Part shown: piece by piece, positions 1 to 10,987 of the stretch
Position numbering within the stretch: position 1 is the stretch's first letter
How the letters are laid out: every line of letters begins with the position of its first letter
Origin: Candidatus Buchananbacteria bacterium
GTDB lineage: Bacteria > Patescibacteriota > Patescibacteriia > 2-01-FULL-39-33
Length of the DNA: 64,000 nucleotides
Assembly: GCA_903888345.1 (NCBI GenBank)
Contig: CAISTG010000036.1
Coordinates: 1,988 to 65,987 of the forward strand
Reading direction: 5' to 3'
Program-made: the position numbers and the translations under genes
Notes under the pieces: model-generated
What the model saw: only the letters and a program-made list of their open reading frames with translations
Database searches by the model: none
What the model was told of the DNA's origin: nothing

Positions 1-338
1 CGTAGTGATTGATTGAGTTCTCGATTGACCTGTTGATTAGCTGTTGCGGCAACTCCACGACCAACTAGTCCGCCCAAAGTTTTTCCGATAGTTCCACCAA
101 TTTTACCCAAAGTGGAACCGCCATAATTGTCGAGGCGCTCACCCTTGGCATTAAAGATGTTTTTTCCGTTTCTAATTGAGGTGCGTCTAATTAATTCTTC
201 TCGATATTGCTTATCATTTAAGCTTTTTTTGGCGCGAGCTAAATTTATTTCTGCTTCCATCGATGGCTCATCAGGAATTGGTGGTGGCTCAATGGTCGCA
301 CTACTGGAGTCGAGTTTTTCTGACGGATTTTGAACCAT
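1..338 (-). CDS. Hypothetical protein, runs off the window edge (MVQNPSEKLDSSSATIEPPPIP...)
   Basis: Hand translation from the ATG at 338 stays open to position 1; co-oriented with and downstream of clpC. Confidence 0.65.
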   Translation of the reverse strand, partial: MVQNPSEKLDSSSATIEPPPIPDEPSMEAEINLARAKKSLNDKQYREELIRRTSIRNGKNIFNAKGERLDNYGGSTLGKIGGTIGKTLGGLVGRGVAATANQQVNRELNQSL

Positions 339-429
339 AAAAATAATAACCTTAACAGTTAAAGTTCAACTAATTTACTTGCCGTCGTCATTATTAAATA
401 TTGACACCAGTAGAGTTAAATTAGCACCT

Positions 430-454
430 GGATTCCCGCCTGCGCGGGAATGAC
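430..454. repeat. REP/dRS3-like palindrome GGATTCCCGCCTGCGCGGGAATGAC (single arm)
   Basis: ATTCCC-N9-GGGAAT inverted repeat ending AATGAC, the same terminus as other copies in the window. Confidence 0.75.
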
Positions 455-461
455 AGGAACT

Positions 462-2954
462 TTAAGATAAGGTTATTATACCATTTTTTGACTTCACGAG
501 TAAAGTCTTTTTGGATTTTAGTTTATTGCCGATAATAATGTCAGCTAACGCTGTTTCGACTTGGTCTCGAATGATTAGATTGATGCCTCGAGCACCTTGA
601 TTTCCCTGTCTTTGGCCTGAGTTGCTTAGGGTGGCGACAATGTGTCGGGATATTTCCGGAGCGTATTTAAGGGTAATTTGTTTTTGACGTTCGACGCGTT
701 TGGCCAGTAGTAGTAATTCCTGTTCGGTAATTTTTTCTAAGTCACTGGTACTGAGTTGTTGGTAGTAAATAATTTTGTCTAGACGATTAATGAACTCGGG
801 CTTAAAAGTCGCTTTGATTTCTTGATTTACCTTTTGCTCAATCGCGGCACTTGGCGCTCCACCAAACCCAATGTCACTTTTGCCATTCCAATACTGGCTA
901 CCAATATTGGAGGTCATGATGACAATAGTGTTTTTGAAATCAATTTTATTGCCGGCAGCGTCAGTTAAATAGCCTTCGTCTAAAATTTGTAATAGTAAGT
1001 CAAAGATTTCGGGATTGGCTTTTTCGATTTCATCAAATAATACCAAGGAATGCGGTTGATGCTTAATTTTTTCGGTTAATTGTCCACTTTCTTTGTAGCC
1101 GACATAGCCTGCCGGTGAGCCGATTAATTTAGAGACATTGAACTTTTCGCCGAACTCGGACATATCAATGCGGACTAGATTTTTTTCCGAACCAAAGAAT
1201 TCTTTAGCGAGAATTTTGGCGGTGTGAGTTTTGCCAACTCCTGATGGACCAACCAACAAAAAGGAGGCCAAAGGACGGTGGTCAGGAGTTAAGCCAGCCT
1301 TAGCACGCTTGAGGTAGTTATTGATGGTTGCCAGTGCTGTTCCTTGACCGATAATTTGGGTTTGCAGATTTTTACCGAGACGACTAATTGATTTAACTTC
1401 CGGCTTAATGAGGTCAGTAGCGGGGATTCCGGTGGCCTTAGTAATCACCTTGGCAATCTGTAAAGGAGTCACTTGTGGCAATTTCGCTTTGAGTTGCTCG
1501 TTGGTTTTGTTTTTTAGGTTAGTTGTTTTGTGGCGTAATTGTTCGAGTTGATTTTTTAGAGTAAGTGCCTCAGTAAATTTTTCTTCGGTGATTAATTGAC
1601 CCAAATTTTGATTTAGTTCCTCTAGATCCTTGACTAATTCTTTGATTTTGAGTTCATTTTTTGAAAGTGGGCGATTGACTTTTAGTCCGGCGGCAGCCTC
1701 ATCGATTAAGTCGATGGCTTTGTCGGGTAGAAATTTATCGTTAATATACTTTTGACTCAACTCGACGGCGGTATTAATTGTTGCTTCACTGATCCCAACC
1801 TGGTGAAAAGTTTCGAAATATTCTTTGATACCTAACAAGATTTTTTTGGCCTCAGTTGCTGTTGGTTCAGGAACGCGGACAGTTTGAAAACGGCGAGCTA
1901 AAGCGGGGTCATTTTCGATTGATTTGCGGTAATCACCAAAAGTTGTGGCACCAATAATCTTAATTTCACCCCGAGCTAAGGCCGGTTTGAGAATATTAGC
2001 GGCATCAAGCGAGCCAGAAGAAGATCCAGCGCCGACGATTTGATGAATTTCGTCAATAAAGAGAATAACATTTTTGCGTTCTTCAACTTCACTGATAATT
2101 TCACGAATGCGTGATTCAAATTCACCGCGAAAAGAAGTGCCCGCTACCATCGAAGCGAGATCAAGCGAGTAGATCTTTTTGTTTAGTAATAATTCCGGTA
2201 CGTCGCCCAGTGTTATTTTTTTGGCTAAGCCTTCAATGATGGCGGTCTTTCCGACACCTGGGTCACCCAATAAGAGTGGGTTATTTTTGGTGCGGCGACA
2301 AAGAATTTCGATAATGCGATTTATTTCTTGATCGCGACCAATCACTGGGTCGATATTTTTTTGAATGGTTGAATCGGTTAAATGTCGGCCAAAGTAGTTA
2401 AGGATACTATTGGTCTCGAGGTCGGAATAATCGTCAAGTTGATCGTCCGAATTCTCTTGATCTTTAAAGGCATCAATGATCTCGGGAAATTTCGTAGATG
2501 TTTTCAGGATAATCTCCGCTTGTTTGGCGAGTTCAGTAACTGCTAGGTTGTTGGTCGCCAAGATTTTATTAATAATGACGTCGTTACTATTAATTAAGGC
2601 GAAGACTAGATGTTCGGTACCGATATACTGGTGTTTGTGTTGGTAGGCGGTTTTTGCGGCCTGTTCAATTGTTTTTTTGCTGGCAGGGGAGAATTCAGCT
2701 GGCGGTTGCTGGTCACTTAAATTGATATTTTGTCCGGTTTCGATTAAGCTGGCCAAGTCTTCTTGGTTGAGTTTAAGTGTTGTTAAAAATTGTCCACCAA
2801 TGCTGCCACGCTGTTTGAGTAAAGCATAAAACAGATGTGCCGGAGTTGCCTGAAGATGACCAAAGTCTTTGGCGATTAGTAGACTATTGGTGAGGCAGTC
2901 TTTAAAGTGTTGAGAAAATTTTTTAAAAATTTGTTGTTGGTCAGTTTCGTTCAT
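462..2954 (-). CDS. clpC: ATP-dependent Clp protease ATP-binding subunit (ClpC-like)
   Basis: Clp-N repeats, two AAA+ modules ([16 protein letters not shown]), [13 protein letters not shown], coiled-coil middle domain; ATG 2954, alternative TTG 2960. Confidence 0.93.
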   Translation of the reverse strand: MNETDQQQIFKKFSQHFKDCLTNSLLIAKDFGHLQATPAHLFYALLKQRGSIGGQFLTTLKLNQEDLASLIETGQNINLSDQQPPAEFSPASKKTIEQAAKTAYQHKHQYIGTEHLVFALINSNDVIINKILATNNLAVTELAKQAEIILKTSTKFPEIIDAFKDQENSDDQLDDYSDLETNSILNYFGRHLTDSTIQKNIDPVIGRDQEINRIIEILCRRTKNNPLLLGDPGVGKTAIIEGLAKKITLGDVPELLLNKKIYSLDLASMVAGTSFRGEFESRIREIISEVEERKNVILFIDEIHQIVGAGSSSGSLDAANILKPALARGEIKIIGATTFGDYRKSIENDPALARRFQTVRVPEPTATEAKKILLGIKEYFETFHQVGISEATINTAVELSQKYINDKFLPDKAIDLIDEAAAGLKVNRPLSKNELKIKELVKDLEELNQNLGQLITEEKFTEALTLKNQLEQLRHKTTNLKNKTNEQLKAKLPQVTPLQIAKVITKATGIPATDLIKPEVKSISRLGKNLQTQIIGQGTALATINNYLKRAKAGLTPDHRPLASFLLVGPSGVGKTHTAKILAKEFFGSEKNLVRIDMSEFGEKFNVSKLIGSPAGYVGYKESGQLTEKIKHQPHSLVLFDEIEKANPEIFDLLLQILDEGYLTDAAGNKIDFKNTIVIMTSNIGSQYWNGKSDIGFGGAPSAAIEQKVNQEIKATFKPEFINRLDKIIYYQQLSTSDLEKITEQELLLLAKRVERQKQITLKYAPEISRHIVATLSNSGQRQGNQGARGINLIIRDQVETALADIIIGNKLKSKKTLLVKSKNGIITLS

Positions 2955-2999
2955 AGACAAGATTACTTTGTTGTTTGGAGTAATTTCTGTTATAATAAA

Positions 3000-3028
3000 A
3001 GTATATATTACTGCTGTGGATAAGTCAA
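3000..3028 (-). promoter_or_regulatory. sigma70 promoter of clpC with a perfect DnaA box in the spacer
   Basis: Minus strand TTGACT-17-TATACT; TTATCCACA at 3023-3015. Confidence 0.7.
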
Positions 3029-3090
3029 TTTGTAAATTTATTTGTTAAAAATATAATTTTATTAACAATTTAGGGTTGAGGGACAAATTT

Positions 3091-6000
3091 ATGCTCTTAA
3101 AATTTAAATCCGGTAGCTTGATCACGTTAAGTCTGGTCGTTTTAGTTGTTTTTTTAATATTAATAAACGGCGCCAAAGCCTGGACGGGGCCAAATAACGA
3201 TCCACCATTAGGTAATGTGGCGGCGCCATTGAGCGTTAATTGCGGTGCCGGTGAAGATCTGTTTTTAGTTTGGGATGGTACTAAATTTGTTTGTAATAAT
3301 GTTTCAACGACCGTCAACTTGATTCAAAATTATTATCAATCGCAGAACATCAATCCATTGAGTGGTGATTTATTGCAGACTTTGGGTAATGGGTCTGATG
3401 CTAGCGCTTTTGATGATGGAGTGATTATTGGTACAACGGCTAAATCCTGGCTAAATGTTGGAGGGGCTTTAACTGCTGGCTGGTTACATGCTAATAGCTC
3501 GGTTGGTACTAGTAGTATCGCTGGAAACCTTAGTGTTGACGGAGCTACTAAGTTAAACACTGTGGCCGCTAGTAGCCTGATGATTGGCGATGCTGACGCT
3601 AATTGGCAGGGGTGGATCATGAATTTAGACGGGGCAAAAATTCCCGTTTGGCAGGGACAATCTAACTTTAATACTGACTTTCCCCGAGGAGCACTGAGTA
3701 ATGGTGCTTACATTTTGGCTAATCAAAATAGTAATTGGGCTAATTTGACTTTCGTTTCTCTTAATAATCTGGGGCAGCAATATGAGGTAGCTTATGACGG
3801 TTCCGTCAATACGCTGTATTTCAGTGGCGAAAGCTTAGTGGTGTCTGAAGGAAGTTTTGTTGCTGGCCAAGCTGAATTTCGTGATAATGTCACTTTAAGT
3901 GGTGGTACTAATGGTAAAATTCAACAATTAAATCTTGGTGGTGGCGGGGAGTATCTTTATTCTGATCGTGATGTAAACAGCTCAAATAAATGGTCAATTA
4001 ATTTAGCTACTGCTGGTGTTGATCGTTTAACGATTAATGAGGGGGGTAATGTTGGTATCGGCACTAATCTACCAACGGCTAGATTAGAGGTGGCTGGTCA
4101 AATAAAAATCACTGGTGGTAATCCTGGCGCCAATAAAGTTCTTACTTCAGATGCTGATGGTTTAGCGTCGTGGAAAGAATGGTTGGTGGGTCAAGGTGGT
4201 AATTTAACACTGGGCACCTCAACCTTGCTTGATGTCTTAAAGAGTGGTGCTGACGCTTCGGCGTTTAGTCAGGCAGTCAACATCGGAGATGTTAGCCATC
4301 CAGCCAATTTTTATGTTAATGGTGGAGAAATTAAGGCGAAATACTTACATGCGACCGATGCGATTGGTGTTAGCAGTTTTGCTGGTAAGGTTGGCGTCGG
4401 CACCATTAATCCTAATAACACTATTGAAGTGGTGGATTTAATTAATTTTGATAATACCAACAGAAATACCAAATTAGGTTATCAAGCAGGGAAGAATATG
4501 ATTGCGGTAGGCGAAAACAATACAATGGTCGGCTATCAAGCGGGCTATTCGAGCGTTTCTGGCTTGAGCAGTTTAGCCAAAAATAATACCGTTATTGGTT
4601 ATCAGGCGTTGTATTCCAATACCACTGGCTATGATAATGCGGCCACTGGCTATCAAGCACTTTATTTAAATACGGATGGTTTCTTCGATACGGCCACCGG
4701 TTATCAGGCTTTGTATTCTAATGTTCATGGAACCTACAATACTGGCGTCGGTAATCAGGCTCTATACTCCAATCGTTACAGTCATTATAATACCGCCTTG
4801 GGAAATCAAGCACTTTATACGACAACTGGTGAGAGAAATGTGGCAATAGGTTATAGTGCCGGTAAATACGAAACTGGCGGTAATAGTTTTTATGTTGATG
4901 ATCGTGATCGCAGTAATACGTCCGGTGATAAGGCCGGTGCTTTGCTCTATGGTACCTTTGCTGATGATGCAGCGAGCCAGGCTTTGGTTGTTAATGCGAA
5001 ATTAACCGTTAACGGAACTATTAAAATTATTGATGGCAATCAAGGTAGTAATAAAGTCTTGACTTCTGATGCTAATGGTCTAGCTTCCTGGCAGAATCCG
5101 GCGACGATTACTTATGCCACCCCGACTTTAGCGCAAATTTTAGCTAAAGGGGCTGACGCGAGCAGTGTTACCTCAACTGTTTCCTTGGGTGGAAATTTAA
5201 GCACCAAAGGTGTGGCAGCTACTGGTGTTGTAGTGACTGGTGGACTGACCACAACCGGCAATATCGGTGTGGGTACCGCCAATCCAGCTTATAATTTAGA
5301 CGTTAATGGTAATCTAAATGTTGCTGCTGGTAAGGCCTATAAGTATAATGGTGCCAATGTTATTTTGGCGGATACCGCTAAGGTTAATTATTTTTTTGCT
5401 GGAGCGGGTAATGCGACCATGACTGGTACTGGCAATCTTGGTAGTGGCGGCAATGCGCTTTTTAGTAATACTGATGGAACCAATAATACAGCCTATGGTT
5501 TAAGCACTTTAGTGGCAAATTCCTCTGGCGCTGATAATACCGCCATTGGCAAGTTAGCCTTATATAACAATCTTGATGGAAATGATAATACCGCCATTGG
5601 TTCGTCAGCGTTGTCTGCTAATACGAGCGGCAAGGAAAATACGGCTTTGGGTAGTGACACTTTAGTTGCGAACACTTCCGGCAGTTACAATATTGCTCTT
5701 GGTTCGCTGGCACTGCAATTTTATACAGGAAATTATAATATCGCTATCGGCTATAAAGCGGCAATTCAGGCCGATGGTTTAACTAATGCCATCGCTATTG
5801 GTAAGAATGCTCGCGTTGATACTTCAAACTCGATGGTTTTAGGTGGTATTGGCAATGACAAAGTTAATGTCGGCATTGGTGTTACTAATCCTACCCAACG
5901 GTTAGTTGTGGACGGAGCGATTAAGTTAGTTGCTACTAGTACCGCTACTGACTCGCAAGGCAATAAGTATTGTAGCGCTGCTAAAGCCGGTTCGATTGTT

Positions 6001-6108
6001 TATGAAGATGTTGATCCGGGATCAGTAGGAACGGCCGCCCATTTTTGGGGTTGTACGCGAACCGGGACGAATACCTATCAATGGGTTAGGTTAGATTTTG
6101 TCAATTAA
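3091..6108 (+). CDS. Large exported fibre/adhesin-like protein (tail-fibre-like and YadA-head-like repeats)
   Basis: Signal peptide; repeated GNVGIGTxxP, KVLTSDAxGLASW x2, LxxGADAS x3, NTAxGYQALYSN arrays; Cys pair at C-terminus; ATG 3091 preferred to TTG 3076. Confidence 0.75.
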   Translation: MLLKFKSGSLITLSLVVLVVFLILINGAKAWTGPNNDPPLGNVAAPLSVNCGAGEDLFLVWDGTKFVCNNVSTTVNLIQNYYQSQNINPLSGDLLQTLGNGSDASAFDDGVIIGTTAKSWLNVGGALTAGWLHANSSVGTSSIAGNLSVDGATKLNTVAASSLMIGDADANWQGWIMNLDGAKIPVWQGQSNFNTDFPRGALSNGAYILANQNSNWANLTFVSLNNLGQQYEVAYDGSVNTLYFSGESLVVSEGSFVAGQAEFRDNVTLSGGTNGKIQQLNLGGGGEYLYSDRDVNSSNKWSINLATAGVDRLTINEGGNVGIGTNLPTARLEVAGQIKITGGNPGANKVLTSDADGLASWKEWLVGQGGNLTLGTSTLLDVLKSGADASAFSQAVNIGDVSHPANFYVNGGEIKAKYLHATDAIGVSSFAGKVGVGTINPNNTIEVVDLINFDNTNRNTKLGYQAGKNMIAVGENNTMVGYQAGYSSVSGLSSLAKNNTVIGYQALYSNTTGYDNAATGYQALYLNTDGFFDTATGYQALYSNVHGTYNTGVGNQALYSNRYSHYNTALGNQALYTTTGERNVAIGYSAGKYETGGNSFYVDDRDRSNTSGDKAGALLYGTFADDAASQALVVNAKLTVNGTIKIIDGNQGSNKVLTSDANGLASWQNPATITYATPTLAQILAKGADASSVTSTVSLGGNLSTKGVAATGVVVTGGLTTTGNIGVGTANPAYNLDVNGNLNVAAGKAYKYNGANVILADTAKVNYFFAGAGNATMTGTGNLGSGGNALFSNTDGTNNTAYGLSTLVANSSGADNTAIGKLALYNNLDGNDNTAIGSSALSANTSGKENTALGSDTLVANTSGSYNIALGSLALQFYTGNYNIAIGYKAAIQADGLTNAIAIGKNARVDTSNSMVLGGIGNDKVNVGIGVTNPTQRLVVDGAIKLVATSTATDSQGNKYCSAAKAGSIVYEDVDPGSVGTAAHFWGCTRTGTNTYQWVRLDFVN

Positions 6109-6113
6109 TAAAA

Positions 6114-7841
6114 ATGCGAAATAAATTTTTTAAAATTTCTTACGCCTTAACGATAATCGCTTTATTGCTGGTTGTCGGTGGTTTGGCAATTAATTTTTAT
6201 CAGGCTCAAGCTGAGGATGTAACTTATAGCTTGGGTGGTTGGATGTGGAGTGATAATTACGGTTGGGTATCTTTAAATAGTAGTAATAGTGGTTTGGTTA
6301 ATTATACTGGGAAGAGTTATCGAGTTGATGTTGCTAGCAATAATCAGTTATCTGGTTGGGGTTGGTCGTCAAATATCGGTTGGGTGTGTTTTGGCTTGAC
6401 TTGTGATCAAGAAAATATCTGTAACGGCCAAGAAACTTGTAATCCTAGTGATTTTGGGACGGCAGCGCCGCCAACTGGCGCCTGGCAAGCAACCATTACT
6501 GATGGCAAACTTGATGGCTGGGCGAAGATTTTGTCACTTAAGGATGAAGGCCTGTTGCATTTAGGCATCGCCGCGAGCAATTATTCTGGTCAAGCCGGAA
6601 TTGATTGTTATGATTGTACCTATAATACCTCAACTACTCCTTTACCAACTGGTGGCTGTCGTACTTGTTTTACCGACACGAAGTATAATAATGAAAACCT
6701 TCCTAATCAAGCAGTAGAATCAGTGGTTGGTGGTAGCGGTAAGATTTGCTCGGCTTGCACTGATTGTAATTTGAGTGGCATTGATAGTAAAATCGCTTGC
6801 CAAACTTGTCAAAGTTGCAAAGCTTATGGCGGCGTTGTTGATGGTTCTAATGGCGCTGTCCTGGGTTGGGGCTGGAATGGCAATCAGGCACCTAATAGTG
6901 AGGTTGGTGCTGGTTGGGTACAGTTTAATCCACTTAACGGAGAATCTGGCATTGTCTATCCTTGGCTACAAACGGTTTATGGAACGGTTTTTAGTCAGAA
7001 TTCGATCAGACAAAAGGCGGCCCTTAAAATGACTAACGCCACCTATTGTATTTTGGCTCAGGGTATTTATAATTTCAAATCCGGCAGTAATTGTAGCGCT
7101 AATGTTAACTTGCAATTTCCGACCTCGACTAGCAATGGCGATGTCGCCTACAAGAACGCTTTAGGGCGCTTGGATGTGGTCGGTTTAACTTTTGAAGTCA
7201 GAAAAACCAAAGATATTAGTTATAATAAGTATGGCAATAAAATTATTACCTTACCTGGTGGCACGGTGGTCGCGACTCCGGTATTGTTAGATAATTCAGT
7301 TTATGTTTATAACGGCGATCTCACTGTTAATTCTGGCTTTTCAATTTTAAATGGCACCAAAGAAAATGAGCGCGGCAACGGTGTTATTATTGTTAATGGT
7401 GATTTACATTTAGCAGCTGACTTTGATTATGAAGCAGATAATTTCGATAATAGTAATTTAAAAAAGCTAGCTTCAGTGGCCTGGATCGTTAAGGGCGACG
7501 TGATCGTTGATCCGGCAGTTAGTAAGGTAGTGGGTGCTTTTGTTGTCTTGGGTGATGGGAGTCCTTGCCTGGAGTCTAGTGGTGCTGCTTGTTCGACTAA
7601 CAATAACTATCCAATTTATCGAGAAAACGGCTATGGCTTATTTGTTTCTGGTAATTCTGCTAATCCTTTGGTTGTTTCCGGCTTAATTGTGGCGAAAGCT
7701 TTTTCTTTTCAGCGCACTTATGCCGATATCAATCAGGGTGCAGAAAAAATCATTTATGACGGACGGCTTATCGCTAATCCGCCGCCCGGTTTAACTGGTT
7801 TTACTGAAAGTTTACCAATTATTAGAGATTTTGAATTTTAA
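6114..7841 (+). CDS. Exported Cys-rich pilus-associated protein with GWxWSxNxGWV repeats
   Basis: N-terminal hydrophobic helix, repeated GWxW...GWV motifs, CxxC clusters, C-terminal IIYDGRLIANPPPG. Confidence 0.65.
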   Translation: MRNKFFKISYALTIIALLLVVGGLAINFYQAQAEDVTYSLGGWMWSDNYGWVSLNSSNSGLVNYTGKSYRVDVASNNQLSGWGWSSNIGWVCFGLTCDQENICNGQETCNPSDFGTAAPPTGAWQATITDGKLDGWAKILSLKDEGLLHLGIAASNYSGQAGIDCYDCTYNTSTTPLPTGGCRTCFTDTKYNNENLPNQAVESVVGGSGKICSACTDCNLSGIDSKIACQTCQSCKAYGGVVDGSNGAVLGWGWNGNQAPNSEVGAGWVQFNPLNGESGIVYPWLQTVYGTVFSQNSIRQKAALKMTNATYCILAQGIYNFKSGSNCSANVNLQFPTSTSNGDVAYKNALGRLDVVGLTFEVRKTKDISYNKYGNKIITLPGGTVVATPVLLDNSVYVYNGDLTVNSGFSILNGTKENERGNGVIIVNGDLHLAADFDYEADNFDNSNLKKLASVAWIVKGDVIVDPAVSKVVGAFVVLGDGSPCLESSGAACSTNNNYPIYRENGYGLFVSGNSANPLVVSGLIVAKAFSFQRTYADINQGAEKIIYDGRLIANPPPGLTGFTESLPIIRDFEF

Positions 7842-7855
7842 TATTTATATATTTT

Positions 7856-8977
7856 ATGTTTGGCTCAAACAATTATAGTTATCTGGGAATTGACCTCGGA
7901 TCATCATCAATCAAAGTTGTCGAGTTAATGAACGTCAAAGGACGTCCACGCTTAATGACTTATGGTTTTACTGAAAAGAATATATCAAATATTGGCGATA
8001 CCGGATTAATTAGTGACGTTAATGAAGCTGCCTTGATTTTGCAAGATATTCTCAAAAAATCAAAAACAACCTCGACTAAAGTGGTGGCTGCTTTGCCAAA
8101 TTATTCAGTTTTTACTTCAATCTTAACTTTGCCCGCCTTAAATAAGAAAGAACTCGCGGCCGCTATCAGCTGGGAGGCCAAAAAAATTATTCCTTTGCCG
8201 TTAGAAGAAATAATTTTAGATTGGAAGATTATTGAAGAATTCGAAACTGGGGGAGCGCGGGGGCAGGATTCGCCATTGCTTGATAAAAGCGTAATGCAGG
8301 ACACTAACCCCTTAAAAAAGATTTTTTCTAAGCCACAAAAAAGCGTTAAAATTCTGTTGACGGGAGCGAGCAAAAGCTTGATCAAAAAGTATGTTGATAT
8401 TTTTGCTAAAGCCAATTTAAATTTATTGAGTTTGGAAACTGAAAGTTTTGCTTTGATTCGCTCATTATTGGGCTCAGATAAATCAACTATTATGTTGATT
8501 GATATGGGTGCTTCGACTTCAAGCGTGACGATTGTTAAGGGTGGGATTCCGGTCTTAACGCGATCATTGGAGTTGGGCGGGCAATCAATCACCAAGGCAG
8601 TTTCTTCGGCTTTGAATGTCACCATGGAAAGAGCCGAACAGTTCAAGCAGGATTTAGCGTTAGACGCAGAAACCTCGGAGAATTCATTGCCGAAAACCGT
8701 CGAGCAGTCATTTGCTCCTATTCTTAATGAAATCAAGTATACTTTTAATTTATATAATGAGGGCAATACGGCCAAAATTGAAAAAATTGTTTTGACTGGT
8801 GGCACGGCTTTAATGGGGCATTTGACTGGTTATTTAGCTAATTACTTTAATATTAATGTCTATATTGGTGATCCCTTTAGCCGGGTAATCTTTCCGACTG
8901 ATTTGAAGCCGGTTCTGGATCGAGTTGGCGCCCGTTTCGCTGTTTCTGTCGGTTTAGCGATGCGTGAAATCGAATAA
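7856..8977 (+). CDS. pilM: Type IV pilus assembly protein PilM
   Basis: GIDLGSSSIKVVEL, IDMGASTS, LTGGTA, AVSVGLAMR actin-like motifs. Confidence 0.9.
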   Translation: MFGSNNYSYLGIDLGSSSIKVVELMNVKGRPRLMTYGFTEKNISNIGDTGLISDVNEAALILQDILKKSKTTSTKVVAALPNYSVFTSILTLPALNKKELAAAISWEAKKIIPLPLEEIILDWKIIEEFETGGARGQDSPLLDKSVMQDTNPLKKIFSKPQKSVKILLTGASKSLIKKYVDIFAKANLNLLSLETESFALIRSLLGSDKSTIMLIDMGASTSSVTIVKGGIPVLTRSLELGGQSITKAVSSALNVTMERAEQFKQDLALDAETSENSLPKTVEQSFAPILNEIKYTFNLYNEGNTAKIEKIVLTGGTALMGHLTGYLANYFNINVYIGDPFSRVIFPTDLKPVLDRVGARFAVSVGLAMREIE

Positions 8978-8981
8978 TTTT

Positions 8982-10376
8982 ATGGATCCAAATTTACTGC
9001 CGCAAGGTTTGCGCGACAAAGAAGAGCAGGAATTAAAGAGGCAGCAAAGGCAGCCTCGTGGTTTTAAAATTGAATTAAATGAACCGACAGATAAGAAAAG
9101 TGCCGCCGCCGTAACCAAATCTGATCGGTCCGGAGCTAGTTGGTGGCAAAATATCTTGGGGATCGCCCCAGTTCCTGTTCTTGGCGATCAGAGCTTAACT
9201 AATCCAACAATTGATAAGACTAGTGTTAGCGACTTGGATTGGCTGACCAATAGTCATCAGAAGAAAGCACCGAAGCATCATCCAAAAACCAGCGCAAAGG
9301 TTACTAGACATAAACGAACTAAAGTAAAAAAACCGGCAAAGACTGGTTGGGTGGGACGACTTTTGGGTCAGCCACTGTCGCCAATCTTACCGATTGCTGC
9401 GGTTAATGATGATAGCTTCGAATCACTAGCCAAAACAGCTCCAGTGCCAGAAACTATTAAGGTCGCAGCTATGGCGGACCAGTCATCGACCATTAAGCCG
9501 GAGCCGAAATCTCAGCCACAGCGTACAGTATTAATTGAAACAAAACGGCCTCAACCTTCAGCTAGTGTCTCGGTTGGTTGGTGGTCAATTATTAAGGGTT
9601 TATTTGGCTGGTCTCACGTCGTTAAGCCTGATTTACAGTTTGCTATCACTAAAACTATTCCAGCACCTTCAGTGCCCGCCGCTAAGCCGACGGCGCACGC
9701 AACTAAGTCGCACTCGGGGCAAGAGACTAAAAAGCCTACTGAAGCAGTGAAATCGACAGTGAAGCCAATATATAATTTGGTGCCGAAACGCGAGCGTGGT
9801 GCCATTAATGTCAATTTGATGCCGCAAGAGCTCAAAGCGGATAGCAAATTATTAGTTACGCTGAAGTTTAATTGGTGGCTGTTTGCTATCATTTTACCGT
9901 TAGTTTTAGTAACTGGCGCGGCTGTAACTTTGCATTATTTGTCGCAAAACCTAGTTACCAGACTGAGTGCTAATGAACGCCAATTAACTGAACTAAATCA
10001 ACAAATTGGTGATTTTGTAATTGAAGAGCAAGCTAATAACCATACGGCACAAAAAATAACGATAGTTAAACGATTAATGGATAACAAAATTGTTTGGAAT
10101 AAGTTTTTTGCTTTGCTGGAAAAATATACTTTGGATGGCGTTTACTTCGATAGTTTAGTCGCCGATACTTCGGGAGAATTAGTGTTGCCGGGAGTTGCCG
10201 AAAATTACACTGTTTTGGCGCAGCAGATCGCTGTTTTTCGTGATGCTAGTGATTTCGTTAAAGAAGTTAAGATTTCTAGCGCGCAGCTGTACTCTGATGT
10301 CAAGGCCGGAGTGCTGGGCACTAGCTTCCAGGTGCGCTTAACGTTACAAGACAACATTTTTAAGCAAGCTAAATAA
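8982..10376 (+). CDS. PilN-like protein with long low-complexity N-terminal extension
   Basis: VNLMP motif followed by TM helix, coiled coil and PilN-like C-terminus; lies between pilM and pilO; ATG 8982. Confidence 0.7.
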   Translation: MDPNLLPQGLRDKEEQELKRQQRQPRGFKIELNEPTDKKSAAAVTKSDRSGASWWQNILGIAPVPVLGDQSLTNPTIDKTSVSDLDWLTNSHQKKAPKHHPKTSAKVTRHKRTKVKKPAKTGWVGRLLGQPLSPILPIAAVNDDSFESLAKTAPVPETIKVAAMADQSSTIKPEPKSQPQRTVLIETKRPQPSASVSVGWWSIIKGLFGWSHVVKPDLQFAITKTIPAPSVPAAKPTAHATKSHSGQETKKPTEAVKSTVKPIYNLVPKRERGAINVNLMPQELKADSKLLVTLKFNWWLFAIILPLVLVTGAAVTLHYLSQNLVTRLSANERQLTELNQQIGDFVIEEQANNHTAQKITIVKRLMDNKIVWNKFFALLEKYTLDGVYFDSLVADTSGELVLPGVAENYTVLAQQIAVFRDASDFVKEVKISSAQLYSDVKAGVLGTSFQVRLTLQDNIFKQAK

Positions 10377-10385
10377 TTATTAATT

Positions 10386-10985
10386 ATGACTTTGTCGGGA
10401 AAAAACAAGTTAACTGGCTTAATAGCGTTTATTGGCAAACAACAAAAACTGTTCGCTTGGTTGGTGGCACTTGTGATTTTGGTCGCGGGTTATCTGCTGA
10501 TTTTGCAGGGACCATTACGACTCTACGCCGAAAATGTGGTCGTAGAAGACAGGCTAATTGCTGAAATTAAACTGGCCACCAATAATTTAAATGATGCTCG
10601 AAATTATTCTTCACAACTTTATAAGCTATCGACCGAAGAATCGCGTTGGTTGAATTTGGTCTTGCCAGAAAAGCCCGATCCATCATCATTGATTGAGCAT
10701 TTGACTTCACTTGCGCGCCGTGCGGGTTTTAATGTTGCTAGTATTACTTTAGATGAAGCTAATAATCAGGTGGAAGCGCAGGCCGCAACTACTAATGGTC
10801 AGCAGAATATTGGCAAGATTGTAGTCCGACTGAATTTGACTGGTGGTGGCTATCAAGAACTAAAGCGCTTTTTAGATTTAGCGCAGTCTTCAATTATGAT
10901 GATTGACGTTACTTCAATAAATTTTGGCGGTAAAAATTCCGCTTATGATCTGGCCTTGATTGTTTATTATTATCGTAACCAATAA
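10386..10985 (+). CDS. pilO: PilO-like pilus assembly protein
   Basis: TM, coiled coil, LP...L..LA, GGYQELKRFL motif; gene order. Confidence 0.75.
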   Translation: MTLSGKNKLTGLIAFIGKQQKLFAWLVALVILVAGYLLILQGPLRLYAENVVVEDRLIAEIKLATNNLNDARNYSSQLYKLSTEESRWLNLVLPEKPDPSSLIEHLTSLARRAGFNVASITLDEANNQVEAQAATTNGQQNIGKIVVRLNLTGGGYQELKRFLDLAQSSIMMIDVTSINFGGKNSAYDLALIVYYYRNQ

Positions 10986-10987
10986 CT

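Noticed and set aside
127-333. 68-aa plus-strand ORF
   Set aside because: Antisense to a longer minus ORF that continues off the window
3015-3023. Replication origin
   Set aside because: Single box, no cluster, no dnaA/dnaN nearby
3091-6108. Shufflon or DGR target
   Set aside because: No recombinase or reverse transcriptase, inverted cassettes or TR/VR pair seen in the window
8101-8805. 234-aa antisense ORF and the many other shadow ORFs in the track
   Set aside because: They lie within well-supported genes on the opposite strand or frame, without motifs or start signals
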